NCBI RefSeq assembly: GCF_006345805.1 | Contig: NW_021829017.1 | Coordinates: forward strand, 1-7,103 | DNA from: Octopus sinensis | Taxonomy: Eukaryota | DNA: 7,103 nt | Reading direction: 5' to 3' | In this document: positions 6,890-7,103 of the stretch, in pieces | How the letters are laid out: each line of letters begins with the position of its first letter | Position numbering within the stretch: position 1 is the first letter of the stretch | Made by a program: the position numbers and the translations under genes | Notes under the pieces: model-generated | Database searches by the model: none | The model's input: only the letters and a program-made list of their open reading frames with translations | What the model was told of the DNA's origin: nothing

Positions 6890-6922
6890 CTATATGTGCA
6901 TATATATATATATATATATAAT
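6890..6922. repeat. (TA)n microsatellite
   Basis: Direct reading. Confidence 0.95.
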
Positions 6923-6923
6923 A

Positions 6924-7103
6924 TTAATTAGAGACAAAACCACTATTTTGCAAAACAAACAAGGAAAGACTTAATCAATACATAAAGTTTAATAAAAATA
7001 ATTTGAAACTGACTTGTAATTGGAAATCCAACTGAAGATTGTCGATCAGGACAAGAAACAATTGTAGTGGCGGTTTTTTACTTTTTATTAAAATTTTATG
7101 TAT
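6924..7103 (+). mobile_element. (TA)n-flanked HHR-bearing element, truncated by the window end
   Basis: Inverted repeat ATACATAAAGTTTAATAAAAA (6978-6998) / TTTTTATTAAAATTTTATGTAT (7082-7103) encloses a compact HHR. Confidence 0.65.
7028..7070 (+). ncRNA. Compact type I hammerhead ribozyme motif, GUA site
   Basis: CCAA-CTGAAGA(7032-7038)-TTGTC-gatcag-GACAA-GAAA(7055-7058)-CAATTG-TA-GTGG. Perfect 5-bp stem II and palindromic stem III; stem I is 3 bp with an A.G closing mismatch. Confidence 0.82.

Overview
Repeat-saturated, AT-rich eukaryotic non-coding DNA with no credible intact protein-coding gene. It is most likely octopus or another coleoid cephalopod, inferred from my recollection of the tRNA-SINE family and the (TA)n/(TG)n density; this was not checked against a database. 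The window is a mosaic of microsatellites separating short elements: three tRNA-derived SINE copies, a decayed RTE-clade LINE fragment with an internal inversion, and several small unclassified elements, three of them fold-back (inverted arms). The main signal is a cluster of type I hammerhead ribozyme (HHR) motifs with palindromic stem III, the kind known from Penelope-like elements (PLEs). Three are near-complete (2540-2664 minus, 2844-2934 minus, 7028-7070 plus). One is split across strands and can be reconstructed (4407-4514). Several are decayed or partial (1069-1104, 3432/4118, 6272-6304, 6513-6531). Two MITE-looking fold-back elements share one design: the CUGANGA half lies once in the spacer and the GAAA/palindrome/cleavage half lies in the inverted arms. 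All pairings and alignments were done by eye.
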